A DNA stretch of 64,000 bases from Eledone cirrhosa (Eukaryota), in assembly GCA_964016885.1 (NCBI GenBank), contig OZ024754.1, positions 37,882,001-37,946,000 on the forward strand, written 5' to 3'. The notes below the pieces were generated by a model. That model worked only from the letters and a program-made list of their open reading frames with translations. It was not told the origin of the DNA and did not search any database. The position numbers were made by a program, and so were the translations under genes. Positions 28,638-42,438 of this stretch are shown one piece after another; position 1 is the stretch's first letter, and every line of letters begins with the position of its first letter.

Positions 28638-28930
28638 CTGTAGATTAGAAGAATTGTATATCAGAATTACTGGAAAGACGCAACTTTCGGATGTTTGCTT
28701 TAAAAAATGAATCTGTATCAGTTATTTGGGTATTTATTGTATCACGTGGTGTAAATAAACCAATTGAATTGCTGGATATGAGAAAGTAAACACTTTTCTG
28801 GGAGAGAAATGTGGGATCAGTTATCTTTAATGATCGACTGCACTAAAAGCCTCAATGAAAGTGAGTGAAAACGACAATTACGTCATTCAATATTTATCGG
28901 GTGTAGCTGAAAGATGGCGGTAGTTGTATA
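28638..28930. promoter_or_regulatory. Candidate promoter / non-coding first exon region
   Basis: Non-repetitive island with a minus-strand donor CAG|gtaact at 28637, E-box CACGTG (~28743), CRE-like TTACGTCA (28878-28885) and YY1-type AAGATGGCGG (28911-28920). Confidence 0.35.
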
Positions 28931-29142
28931 ACTTGTGTGATTTCTCTTTATTGTCAATCTATGAAACAATTTGATCTCACCTACAGTTCACACGCTCATT
29001 TTGTTCATGATTTCCTTAATAATTTGTTTCTACTTTAGGCACAAGGCCAGCAATAACCCAGTGCATTACTGGTACTTTATTTTATCGAACCCCGTAAGGA
29101 TGAAAGTTAAAGTCAATCTCGGCGGGATTTGAACTCAAAATA

Positions 29143-29331
29143 ATAATTGTTTCTACTTTAGGCACAAGGCCAGCAATAACCCAGTGCATTACTGGTACTT
29201 TATTTTATCGACCCCGTAAGGATGAAAGGCAAAGTCAACCTCGGCGGGATTTGAACTCAGATCGTAAAGGGATGTAACTATGCTGGAAAGCATGGCGTCC
29301 GACCCTCTACCGATACTGCCAATCCACCGCC
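29143..29331 (-). mobile_element. SINE family A (~190 bp, tRNA-like head), representative full copy
   Basis: GGCGGTGGATTGGCAGTATCGG (A-box-like), GAGTTCAAATCC (B-box), GCCTTTCATCCTTACGGGGTCGATAAAA core and an AT-rich tail. About 20 copies, e.g. 4362-4548, 4559-4700, 17145-17333, 24436-24625, 29626-29815, 30080-30250, 40845-41055, 41833-42020, 47239-47430, 50390-50575, 56678-56870, 61581-61768, 63458-63640; several have 15-20 bp TSDs. Confidence 0.9.
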
Positions 29332-30699
29332 TAAATCAGAAACGATATCCTTAATAATCGTTTCTGATTTAGGCACAAGACCAACAATTTGGGTGGAGCG
29401 AAAGATGCATATTATTTTAGTGAAATATATACGCTCCAATATAAAATATGACATTACCCTGATTGATAATCCTTAATTACATAAAATGGAAAGGCATGAT
29501 AAACAAATGTCTGAGTTTATGTTTAGCTTACTACAATCAGAAATCTAAAGTATTCAGTAAACAGGGGCGGTGAACATGTTTATCGCATATCAAAGTTTTT
29601 TTTTTATATCTTGGTTCATATTTGATAATTGTTTCTACATTTGGCACAAGGCCAGCAAATACCAGTTCTTTACTGGTACTTTATTTTATTGACGCTGTAA
29701 GGATGAAAGGCAAAGTTGACTTCGGCTGGAATTGAACCCTGACTGTAAAGGGCCGAAACTCTATGCTGCAAAGCATGGCGTCCGACCCTCTACCGATACT
29801 GCCAATTCGCCGCCAGCTAAACTAATCACTACAATTAAATTGACTAAATTTGACTTTATTCGTTCATAAGCTGCAGTGATCTCAAACACTCAGCACACAG
29901 ACCGTATGTGGTCCACAAACTAGTTTTCTATGGCCCGCGGCAGAACAATTTTCGCGACTAATATTTTCCTAAAACTTTATCATTTGTCCCTCGCCCCTTA
30001 TAGACTTATGTAGCAGTAACAGCAACTGCAGATTTAAGCTTGACCTGCCAACCTAATGCAAACATACAATCAATTTTGTAGATTGGCAGTATCGGTAGGC
30101 TTTGGAGCATAGAGTTATGGCCCTTTACGGCCTGAGTTCAAATCCCGCCGAGGTTAACTTTGCTTTTCATCATTACGGGGTCGATAAAATAAAGTACCAG
30201 TAATACACTGGGGTATTTGCTGGCCTTGTGCCAAAAGTAGAAACAATTATATTATTTTTATTTTTTCCGCTTTTTATTCCTTTCTTTCTCCTCTCTACTG
30301 TTAATCTTATTCTCTCTCTCTCTCTTTCTCGTATTTTCTTCCCCCATCCCAAATCCAACAATGACCATCCCATATCGTACGTCACTGTAACGTAATAGGC
30401 ATTTCGTCAAATGGATAGAAGCAGAAAATTTGCACCGAAACTCCTTCAAACTTAGCTTTTAATTGAACCGAAGTCTAAAGTCTGTCACATGCCCAGAGTT
30501 TCACGAGGTCGGTGCCTATCCCGGTCTCCATGGCGTTAAGCGACTGAGAGTACGAGACTTGCTCCCTTGACAGGGCGAGAGCCCATTGCAGGGTTACCCC
30601 CACCCCACCACCAACTATTTCTGATACTCATTTTCAGTTGAGTATACTGGAGCAACGTGAGATGAAGTGTTTTGATCAAGAACACCACTCACACAAACC

Positions 30700-31125
30700 A
30701 ATTTTAACTAAATACCTGCACTAATTTATTAACCATCTTGCCAACAACAACCCTGAGCACCTTTTTGATTTCCATGTGTCTAACACACGTGGGCATGCCT
30801 ACAAAGTCAGAAAACAGCACAGCTCCCATGACTTTCGGAAAATTTTTTCCACGCTTAGAGTTGCTGAAGCATCAAACAAACTACCTGCATCAGTTATTAG
30901 CTGTCGAGACACTGCATCCTTTAAAACCTCCATGCTTCCTGAGATTCGCCAACACTATACCTGATGCCCCCCCCCCCCCCCCCATCCATACACATGCACA
31001 CATGTATTTCATGACTCGTACACTGTTCATTTTCCTGACATTTGTACATTATTCTATGTACTATACATACACCTTTGATAAGTTGTAGTGCACCTGAGCA
31101 CTGTACACAATAATTTCATTATTTT
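30700..31125 (+). mobile_element. CR1-clade LINE 3' end
   Basis: NTRGHAYKVRK..FR..FSTLRVAEA.NKLPASV...SFK is the CR1 RT C-terminal motif. Confidence 0.8.
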
Positions 31126-31619
31126 TTAAATTTCAGTTAAATTTTAATTTTTCATTGACAGAGATTCTGTTAGGGTTTCTTTAACTTTGTACCCAATAAT
31201 TATCTTTTTTCTTCAAATTTGGAAAACAGTCAGTTAACAATTCTAATAGCTACGTAGTTGATATTTAATATCAGTTCAGATATTTGAAAGACGAAACTAA
31301 CTATCAGAAAACAGTCAAACCCATTTTATTCCATAGCTGAGATCTCGTATTGCAATTTATGTGATAACGATATCACTTTATATATGTTCAGCTTGAAAAA
31401 CCGGTCGGACAATCAATATTTATGATCGATTAAATATGTCAACATTTTTTCCTGCAATTTAAACAATCTCATAAAAATATCAATAGTTACCATGTAGCAA
31501 AAGAGAAAGCTGTTGCAATGGCCGACATTTAATTTAAAAAAAAAAAAAATTATAACCACTACTGCTTCAGTTTAATGTAACTAAAATCTTTTTTTAACTT
31601 ATACATGTGAAGAATGCAG

Positions 31620-32197
31620 GGCGTTATCCAATTTTAGCGGCCTAAATGCCGCTTACTTGCTGTAGTTGCTGCTTACTTCTATGTATGAGGCTATTCCAAC
31701 AAATTTACATTCCCCTTTTTTTAGCAAATGGTCCCCTTCTTCCGATACCACTTCGAAAGAAGGATCAAGGTGGAGAAAAAGGCACTCAGTCCCAGCCAAT
31801 TCCATGAAAGATGGGTGAAAGTAGCAATAATGGCCCGTGTAAGTTGGCCATCTCTCTATATCGGCTTGTACAAGTAAGAGAAGAAGGGAGCACCCCCCCC
31901 CCCCCTCTCTGTGCTCCCTGGCAGAAAGGTCGCACACTTTCTACGGGGGTGTGTGTGACCCCAAAAGGCTAATAAATCGCAAGAAAACAAACAAACAAAC
32001 AAAAAAGGGGCAAATAAAGAAATCTATGCCCCAGTGGCAAATAAATCGCAAAAAAAAAAAAACAATAAATAAATCTATATTTCTTTTAACGGCTAAAAAA
32101 AGGGGAATGTAAATTTGTTGGAATAGCCTCATACATTGAAGTAAGCAGCAACTACAGCAAGTAAGCGGCATTTAGACAGCTAAAGTTGGATATCGCC
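31620..32197. mobile_element. Long-TIR MITE (Merlin/MULE/hAT-like) containing a Tx1 3' fragment
   Basis: ~105-bp TIRs beginning GGCGTTATCC / ending GGATATCGCC; perfect 8-bp TSD GAATGCAG at 31612-31619 and 32198-32205. Confidence 0.85.
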
Positions 32198-32361
32198 GAA
32201 TGCAGTTACTTTAAGGGATTTTGCTGTTATTGCAACATTCTTAGTTTGTACTAGCAGAATGGCTCGGCGTTGCTCTGGATTTGCTCTAACGTTCTTATAT
32301 ATTTAAATGTAAGTATGTGTGTATACGTACATACATATATGTATACAGACGTACAGTAGCA

Positions 32362-32441
<80 letters not shown>

Positions 32442-32606
32442 CATATATATACATACAGGTACACATACATATATGCACGTATCAGTTTAGCGGACGCTTA
32501 TTATAACGCCGCTTTGTTCGTTTGTAAACAAACTGAACAGCCTGAATTTTATGCCGTACGGTGTTAAGGCAACCACGTCACCTTTTTGTTCAACACTGAC
32601 ACAGGA

Positions 32607-32649
32607 ACGATGTACTAGTTTCAAGCTTGTTAGCTATCATCAGCACCGT
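32607..32649 (-). ncRNA. Type I hammerhead ribozyme (retrozyme unit 1)
   Basis: ACGGTG-CTGATGA-T AGCT AACA AGCT T-GAAA-CTAG-TA-CATCGT: 6-bp stem I, full core, palindromic stem III ACTAGT, GUA cleavage triplet. Confidence 0.9.
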
Positions 32650-32885
32650 ATACCCTTCTGCCAGATAGTTGAACGTTCGAAAGTATATACTTTCCTTATG
32701 AAAATTAACGGCTGAGCAGCCTAATTTGCATATCGAGTGAGTATAGTCGGTCAGGCATACCGAAAACGATAAGTTGAAATAAAATGAAAACGAAATTTCA
32801 TTTCTCACTCTTAGTACGGCACTTACTTAAATGTAAGTATGTGTGTATACGTACATACATATATGTATACAGACGTACAGTAGCA

Positions 32886-32987
<102 letters not shown>

Positions 32988-33146
32988 TATACATACAGGT
33001 ACACATACATATATGCACGTATCAGTTTAGCGGACGCTTATTATAACGCCGCTTTGTTCGTTTGTAAACAAACTGAACAGCCTGAATTTTATGCCGTACG
33101 GTGTTAAGGCAACCACGTCACCTTTTTGTTCAACACTGACACAGGA

Positions 33147-33189
33147 ACGATGTACTAGTTTCAAGCTTGTTAGCTATCATCAGCACCGT
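33147..33189 (-). ncRNA. Type I hammerhead ribozyme (retrozyme unit 2)
   Basis: Identical to 32607-32649. Confidence 0.9.
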
Positions 33190-33425
33190 ATACCCTTCTG
33201 CCAGATAGTTGAACGTTCGAAAGTATATACTTTCCTTATGAAAATTAACGGCTGAGCAGCCTAATTTGCATATCGAGTGAGTATAGTCGGTCAGGCATAC
33301 CGAAAACGATAAGTTGAAATAAAATGAAAACGAAATTTCATTTCTCACTCTTAGTACGGCACTTACTTAAATGTAAGTATGTGTGTATACGTACATACAT
33401 ATATGTATACAGACGTACAGTAGCA

Positions 33426-33525
<100 letters not shown>

Positions 33526-33766
33526 TATACATACAGGTACACATACATATATGCACGTATCAGTTTAGCGGACGCTTATTATAACGCCGCTTTGTTCGTT
33601 TGTAAACAAACTGAACAGCCTGAATTTTATGCCGTACGGTGTTAAGGCAAACACGTCACCTTTTTGTTCAACACTGTTCAGTTTGTTTACAAACGAACAA
33701 AGCGGCGTTATAATAAGCGTCCGCTAAACTGATACGTGCATATATGTATGTGTACCTGCATGTATA

Positions 33767-33858
<92 letters not shown>

Positions 33859-34099
33859 TATACATACAGGTACACATACATATATGCACGTATCAGTTTA
33901 GCGGACGCTTATTATAACGCCGCTTTGTTCGTTTGTAAACAAACTGAACAGCCTGAATTTTATGCCGTACGGTGTTAAGGCAAACACGTCACCTTTTTGT
34001 TCAACACTGTTCAGTTTGTTTACAAACGAACAAAGCGGCGTTATAATAAGCGTCCGCTAAACTGATACGTGCATATATGTATGTGTACCTGCATGTATA

Positions 34100-34195
<96 letters not shown>

Positions 34196-34430
34196 TGCTA
34201 CTGTACGTCTGTATACATATATGTATGTACGTATACACACATACTTACATTTAAGTAAGTGCCGTACTAAGAGTGAGAAATGAAATTTCGTTTTCATTTT
34301 ATTTCAACTTATCGTTTTCGGTATGCCTGACCGACTATACTCACTCGATATGCAAATTAGGCTGCTCAGCCGTTAATTTTCATAAGGAAAGTATATACTT
34401 TCGAACGTTCAACTATCTGGCAGAGGGTAT

Positions 34431-34473
34431 ACGGTGCTGATGATAGCTAACAAGCTTGAAACTAGTACATCGT
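34431..34473 (+). ncRNA. Type I hammerhead ribozyme (inverted retrozyme unit)
   Basis: acggtgctgatgatagctaacaagcttgaaactagtacatcgt read directly on the plus strand. Confidence 0.9.
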
Positions 34474-34632
34474 TCCTGTGTCAGTGTTGAACAAAAAGGT
34501 GACGTGGTTGCCTTAACACCGTACGGCATAAAATTCAGGCTGTTCAGTTTGTTTACAAACGAACAAAGCGGCGTTATAATAAGCGTCCGCTAAACTGATA
34601 CGTGCATATATGTATGTGTACCTGTATGTATA

Positions 34633-34716
<84 letters not shown>

Positions 34717-34954
34717 TGCTACTGTACGTCTGTATACATATATGTATGTACGTATACACACATACTTACATTTAAGTAAGTGCCGTACTAAGAGTGAGAA
34801 ATGAAATTTCGTTTTCATTTTATTTCATCTTATATATTTGATATATATTTATCCTTATCGAGCCTCGTGAAATAAATACGTTTGTTTATATTTTGTTATT
34901 GTGTATGCAAAAATATCTGTACACAAATATATAATTATATATATATATATATAT

Positions 34955-34985
<31 letters not shown>

Positions 34986-35015
34986 ATGTATATATATATA
35001 TATGTATATATGTAT

Positions 35016-35049
<34 letters not shown>

Positions 35050-36726
35050 GTGTGTGTGTATGTATATATATGTATGTATGTATATATGTATGTATATATA
35101 TATGTATATATATATATATTATATATATATATGTGTGTGTGTGTGTATGTATATATATATATATGTATGTATATATGTGTGTGTGTATGTATATATATAT
35201 ATGTATGTATATATATGTGTGTATGTATAATATATATATGTATATATGTAAGTGTGTATGTATATATATATGTGTGTGTGTATGTATATATATATATATG
35301 TATATATGTGTGTGTGTATGTATATATATATATGTATGTATATATATATATATATGTATATATATATGTATGTATATATGTATGTATATATATATACGGG
35401 AGAGATGACCCCTTAGCCTTTGTCAAGGCAGAATTCTAGGAGAAGGAAAACTCTGATATAACACCTGCAACCCTGATGGTATCCAATGATGTTGACTTGT
35501 TCTTCTTTTTGGTAAATATTATCTTGGTTAAGAGAGTGGGACTGGCTTTGTGCAGTGCCTTTGCTCACTATAAAAGCTTCACGGCACAGGCATTGCTTTA
35601 TATCTGGAGATCTCTCTGCACTTGTCCTCACATGGTACCATGGGCCCAGCACTATGTGTCAATAATTGTCACAGGTGTAGTGTTTGTACCAGAGTTTTCA
35701 ATGCGCTGGCTGGACTAAAAAGTCACACTCGTTCAGCGCATCGGTAGTCGTTCTCCTACATGGATATAAAGTAGTGGCCGTACTCGAAAACGAGTTGGCA
35801 GCCACCATATATATATACGGTGGCTGCCAACTCGTTTTCGAGTACGGCCACTACTTTATATCCATGTAGGAGAACCCCTACCGATGCGCTGAACGAGTGT
35901 GACTTTTTAGTCCAGCCAGCGACTTGAAAACTGGTGACCTGACATATATACATACATACGTACACACACATACATACATGATGGCTGCCCCCTCGTTATC
36001 GAGTATATATATATGTATATATATATGTATATATATATGTATGTATATATATATGTATGTATGTATATATGTATGTATATATGTATGTATGTATGTATAT
36101 ATATATGTATGTATATATAAAAACAAAACCTGTCAAAGGGCAAAGGAGCTCTTAAGAGTCAATGGCCATCCAAAATCACCGGGAGAGATGACCCCTTAGC
36201 CTTTGTCAAGGCAGAATTCTAGAAGAAGGAAAACTCTGATATAACACCTGCAACCCTGATGGTATCCAATGATGTTGACTTGTTCTTCTTTTTGGTAAAT
36301 ATCATCTTGGTTAAGAGAGTGGGACTGGCTTTGTGCAGTGCCTTTGCTCACTATAAAAGCTTTACGGCACATTCATTGCTTTATATCTGGAGATCTCTCT
36401 GCACTTGTCGTCACATGTAACTTGTATTGGTGATCGAATAACGTGAAAACAAGCGGGTAGCGATCTCTAGACCTACCAGTTCAGAGAAACAATTGTCAGC
36501 AATGAGATTAAAAACCTTTTTTGTATAGCAAACCGTGTCACTCTTCTTTTCTGATTTATCATTACTCCAAGTGTTTACAACATAGGAATTACAGCGTACT
36601 CGCAACATCACCATGGAAACGCCTTGTTGAATGAAACTTAGCCAAGCGTTAATATCATCCACTACCCGGAATACCATAACTGGACTACACTTAAGTGGAC
36701 TGCCTATAACAATAATCTGTTACCCC

Positions 36727-36774
<48 letters not shown>

Positions 36775-36824
36775 CAAATTTATACGGGAACAAAACAGAG
36801 AGGCAGACAAATAAAGACGTCTGG

Positions 36825-37380
36825 CAATGGACTTGGTGAATACCCACAAAGTTATTAACCATCTCGCCAATTGCAACCCTGAGCACCTTTTTGATCGCCA
36901 TGTGTCTAACACACGTGGACATGCCTACAAAATCAGAAAACAGCACAGCTCCCATGACTTTCGTAGACATTTTTTCACGCTCAGAGTTGCTGAAGCATGG
37001 AACAAACTGCCTGCGTCAGTTGTTAGCTGCCGAGACACTGCATCCTTTAAGACACTCATGCTTCCCGAAATACGCCAAAACTACACCTCCTGTACCCCTT
37101 CCATACACATGCACACGTGTGTATCATGACTTGTGCACTGTTCATTTTACTGATGTTTGTGCATTGCCCTATGCACTGTACATGCACTTTTTGATGAGTT
37201 GTGGTGCACCTGGGCACTGTACACAATATTTCATTATTATTATTATTATTATTATATTATGACTCATACACTGTTCATTTTCCTGACATTTGTACATTAT
37301 TCTATGTACTATACATGCACCTTTGATGAGTTGTAGTGCACCTGAGCACTGTACACAATAATTTCATTATTATTATTATA
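36825..37380 (+). mobile_element. CR1-clade LINE 3' end with (ATT)n tail and duplicated 3' UTR
   Basis: TRGHAYKI..FFTLRVAEAWNKLP. Second 3' UTR copy at ~37258-37380. Confidence 0.85.
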
Positions 37381-38319
37381 TATATTGGCGTTGAGAGCTG
37401 GACCAACTTTCGAAAAGGAGGTCACTTTCTAGTATGAAAGAACCCATTCTTCACATCCTAAGTACGAAACAAATACTACAATAGGCTCTCTATGAAATGA
37501 AAAGCTATCATTTTTTCCATGAACTATATTCTTTCCGTTATGTACTGTGAGTTGACATATCTATGTATAAAGCATTAACTGCATCTTCAACAGTTTATTA
37601 TTAATCCTAGTGTTGTGCCTGGGGGTTCAACTATTGGGTAGTTAACATAGCTTTTTCCTCTTTCGCCTACCCTGAGGCAGCCCATCGGGCTTTTGTAGCC
37701 TCAGTACTCCCACTCCCAGTAAATTCTATATAGTATTGGCCGAAAACGCAATACTAGCTAAAAATATAGCAGCTGCTTTAGACTCTAGAGATTTTATTAT
37801 TATTTTTTACTATTTAATTTTTATTATTTTTTCTTTTAATCTCATTTTATTAACCTTTTAATTTTATAACGTCCCACTCTCAGATTTTTTTTTTTCGTCT
37901 ACTTCCTCATTAGCCTAATTTTATACACACTCCTGTATAGAATTCACTTTCAACGCTTTACCGGCTCCACCCACTCCCTCACTGTTCTACAGGCGAGTTC
38001 AACCACCTCCACCTCCCACCCACTGCCATGAAAGACTTGTGTTTACAAGAAATTTTGACCAATCCTTTTGACAACTACAATCTTCCCATATAAGGAATTA
38101 CCCCTTGAAAAGTTCTGCTATTTATTACCATGCTAAAAATTTTAATTTAGTCCAGAAATAGCCGTCGAAATGGCTTGAGCTCTATCGTCGGGGTTAAACA
38201 TTTACCCACTCTACTACCCTAAGTATTGAGTATTCTGGTGCGTTATGGTCCATCTGGTTCCTTACCGCACTTCCTTTGTGATATATATATATTTAGTAAT
38301 TGTATATATATATATATAT

Positions 38320-40577
38320 ATTGTTATATTTGGGGAGGGTCATATTTGCGTAATATTGCCAGAATTAATAACAGAACACACTCACTGTTTGGTTGGTTTT
38401 CGCTTCTCGCTGTCTTTTATATATATATATCTGCGATCTAACTTACTCGGTCCTCAATGTTGCCATTGACTGACCGGCGGTCAAAAATAATACAGATACA
38501 ATATAGACAAACACATATATATATAGTTTACATAATTTACATAAATCTTTCGTTGCACATCTGCAACATCGTCAGTGGTGTTATATTCATTGTTCCTCCT
38601 GTTGTGTTGTATGTCTACGCCATTTTTTTTTGTTCAGTCTGTCTATATATTTATTTATTTATTTGCTTGTTTGTTTATCTTATTTTATTTTGTCTTCTTT
38701 GCGCATGCGTTTGCGTGTGTGTATAGTGTTATGTGTGATGTGTGACTAGTGTGTATAGTGTTGTGTCTGCTGGGTGACTAGTGTGTGTTTATGTGCTTGT
38801 GTATGTATTTATTTATCTTATTTTATTTATTTTATTTAATTTACTTATTTATTTATACTTCTCTTAGGTCAGTGTTGTTTGTTTGGGTGTTGTTGTTGTT
38901 CCACTCATTCTTTCTGTTTAGCTTTGGTCTTCTAATTTCTATTTCACTGGCCTCTCTGATTTGCCTATCTGCTGGGTCATTCCTATGTTTAGATATTATT
39001 CTAATTTCTATGTTGTCTATGTTACCGTCATGTTGTTGTCTAGCATGTTCGTATAGTACTGACCCGTTTTTTCGTCCTTTTAGTTCCCCCCAGTGTTGGT
39101 CTATCCTTTCACCTATGCTACGAGCTGTCTCACCTATGTATGTTGTTGTCGTGTTTCTGCAAGTACCCTCTGTACATCTTATGCTATAGACTACGTTTCT
39201 AGTTTTACAGTTTATCCGGGGGTTCACCTTACATATGATACATTTCCTATTGGTACAGTGGGTTTTCTTAAAAGGGTAGGTTTTGCTGATCAGGGATTTT
39301 ATGGTGGTTCCTGGCTTTTCTACCACCTTTATTTTTAAGTGGGTCTTTCTCAGGGCCTTTCTACACTGGTTAGCTAATTTCCCTCCAGGGGTGGCGTCCA
39401 CAAACATGACACTCTGATATCTCTGGTTGTCGTACCATGATGTGGCCTTCCCTATCTTATGTCTAGCCCTATCTAAGCTATTCCATGATTTGCTCCTGTA
39501 TAGTGGGCAAATTTCTTTCATGTCCAGTTCTATGAGGGTCTTATACTTTTCCATGGCTCCTTCGTATACTCTGACTCTGTCTCTTTGGTTGTAGCCAGAG
39601 AACTGCATGCGGTTGATGAAGTGTTGGATGTGTCCTTCCATTTCTATTGGGTCGCACATGCTGGACACATTCTTCATCACTCGTACCAAATCTGCGATCA
39701 GAATATTAAACTTAGCACTACTGGACATTGCTGAGTTTTTGAGTATCAGGTATTTGGAGGCCATGGGTTTAGCATAGTGTGAGTGGAGAATTTGGGCTCT
39801 CTCGTCTATAGTGTTAATCCAGAGTTCTGTGTCTAATACAGGTAGTCTATTGTTAGGGTGTTTGGAAGGGAAGTCTATAGTTACAGTTATACTCTGGTGT
39901 ATGGAATTAGCTATCTGCTGGATGCTTTCCATCGTGCTACGTTCTAAATCAAACTTGTTAGTGCTCTCTAGTGGGGGTGTTCTTATAACTATATTGATAT
40001 CGTCTACATAACGAGAGTACATGATGAGGTCTATGGAGCTTTCATTAAGGAGGAGATCTTTAAATCTCCTTTCCCACCATACCATGAAAAGGTTGGCAAC
40101 ATCACCAGCTATGCTGACGCCGATGGCTGCTCCCTCATTTTGGGTGTAGATTTTCTCATTGAACTTAAATATGTGGCCCTTTAGGGTAGTTTTGATACTA
40201 GCCCCTATTGCATGTGCGACCATTTTTCTTACCTGATCAGTGTTTTGGGGGGTCCGTATAGCTTTGGTCCACCCAATCCACCTTCCTATGGGAGTCTTTT
40301 TAGCCATTGAGGTTATGGTGGGGGGTCTACCTCTTATAGGTCTACTAGGGCAGAAACATCTAAGGTCATGGCTGTCTAGGTAGTCAGTGTCGTAGGTAAG
40401 TCTAAGTAGGAGGCCCAGTTCGTCTGTGTCGACGTCGCAGAACTCCACCTCACTCTCAATGATCATCTCCACACATCTTTTCACAGCAAAATCAATGTTA
40501 ATGGATGGGTACAGTGACCCTCCCCAAATATAACAATATCTGTTTCGACACACGATTTCATATAAAAAACCTCGCAA

Positions 40578-40580
<3 letters not shown>
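38320..40580 (-). mobile_element. Penelope-like element, 5'-truncated, open RT + GIY-YIG frame (38853-~40517)
   Basis: Motifs SLYPSI, FKFNEKIYTQNEGAAIG, YSRYVDDI, LPVLDT, a Cys-rich linker and VVYSIRC..C..YIGETAR..ERIDQH. An inverted copy of the terminus (ttgttatatttggggagggtca) lies at 40515-40536 versus 38321-38342. Confidence 0.93.
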
Positions 40581-40641
<61 letters not shown>

Positions 40642-42340
40642 GTGGTAGCTTAGTAAAATCGAAGCTTTGGCTGTGAGCAAGCAAAGTCGACCTACAATAT
40701 GAATGAGTCAAAGCACTCCCTTAGGCCCAGTTAATTTAAATAGATTGTACTTCCATACAAGGTCAACTATAATTACTTTAAACTAAGTGCAGCATTTGAA
40801 GTTGAAAGAGATAGAAGGCTCTAATATTTTGTGTTGAAATAATGATTTCTAGTATAGGCACAAGGCCAGTAATTTTTTTTTAGGGGGCGGGGGTCGATTA
40901 AATCGACCCAGTACATTACTGCTACTTTATTTTATCGACCCCGTAAGAACGAAAGGCAAAGTTAACCTTGGCGGGATTTGAACTCAGACCGTAAAGGACC
41001 GTAACTCTATGCCGCAAAGCACGTTGTCCGACGCTCTACCAGAACTGCCAATGCCCCCGTTTTGGTGTTGAAGCAATGAACAGAGAAACAAACCTATAGA
41101 AATGGAAGTAAAGACTTTAGAACAATTTCCCAACATTGTCGAGTATCGCATATAATATCAACTATATATTTTTTCTGACGTCAGGACTTCGTATCCAACC
41201 AACAGCTCGATCCTAACCCTAACCCTCACCCAACAGCTTGTAGAATGATTTCAAGCATAAATATATTTAAGATTGTGAGAAAATAAATTGTATGACTAAC
41301 AGTCTGTAACCTATTTCTTGTCATATTATCCTTTCTAACTTCTTTACCATTCCACTAACTATTCACAGTTCTCTTAATTAACCAGCATACATGTAACATT
41401 ATGTAGCGTAACATGAGCAGAAAGTAGTTAGTTTAAGGAGGAAATTTGTATTTGACCTACATATTAATGCCATGCACCCACTAGAAACAAACCAAAACTT
41501 GGGTCTGTGTTTGAGGGAGGGGGGCTATATCTGCATATGTGAGTCTGAGTGTGTCCGTGAATTGGTTTGTATGCTTCTACAAGAAAGATTCCAAATATTT
41601 CATGTTGGTAGGAATGATACAATCTCGATTTTTCCCACGTGTATATGCAAAGCAAATAAATAAATAAAATAAATTAAATTAAATTAAATTAAATTAAATT
41701 TAAAAAAATAAAATTCAATAAAATTCAAATAGCAATGGTCTGTTTCTCAAAGGTTTGTACTAAATAAAATTGAACAAATAATGATTTGTAGTATAGGCAC
41801 AAGGCCAGCAATTTGGGGAGAGGGGGGAAAATAATTGTTTCTACTTTTGGCACAAGGCCAGCAATTATCTCAGTGTATTACTGGTGCTTTATTTTATCGA
41901 CCCCGTAAGTATGAAAGGCAAAGTAAACCTAGGTGGGATTTGAACTCAAGATGGCAAGGGCCTTAACTCTATGCTGGAAAGCATGTTGTTCGCCCCTATA
42001 CCGATACTGCCAATCCATCACCCAGAGGGGAAAATAATAATAGAAAGTTACAGAACAAAAGAACGTCCCTGGGAGAGAGGGTCAAAGAAAAGAAAATACA
42101 AAGTTATATATCACTCTCTATAAAATAACTCGTTTGTCTCCAATGTATTTAAAGACTAGTGGATTAAACATGTTCAAACTTGGCACGCAAGTTCTTTAGA
42201 CTGAGGAACAGGTTTTTCTCGCTGAAATTAATGCATGCAATATTTCACAGTTCTTTCTTTATAATCAGTGTATGAAGTTTTCAGCCTACCCTCGTGTGTG
42301 TATTCACACATACACACACACTTACATATACATACATACA

Positions 42341-42438
<98 letters not shown>

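Noticed and set aside
40518-40577. N-terminus (MRGFLYEIVCRNRYCYIWGG) of the 574-aa ORF as a real start
   Set aside because: Non-ATG start derived from the inverted terminal segment; RT homology starts at SLYPSI, so the copy is 5'-truncated.
41212-41232. (CCCTAA)-like telomeric repeats
   Set aside because: Only 2-3 imperfect units; not an interstitial telomere array.
42120-42297. Possible mariner/Tc1-like terminus (ACGAGGGTAGGCTGAAAA on minus)
   Set aside because: No partner TIR or transposase found in the window.
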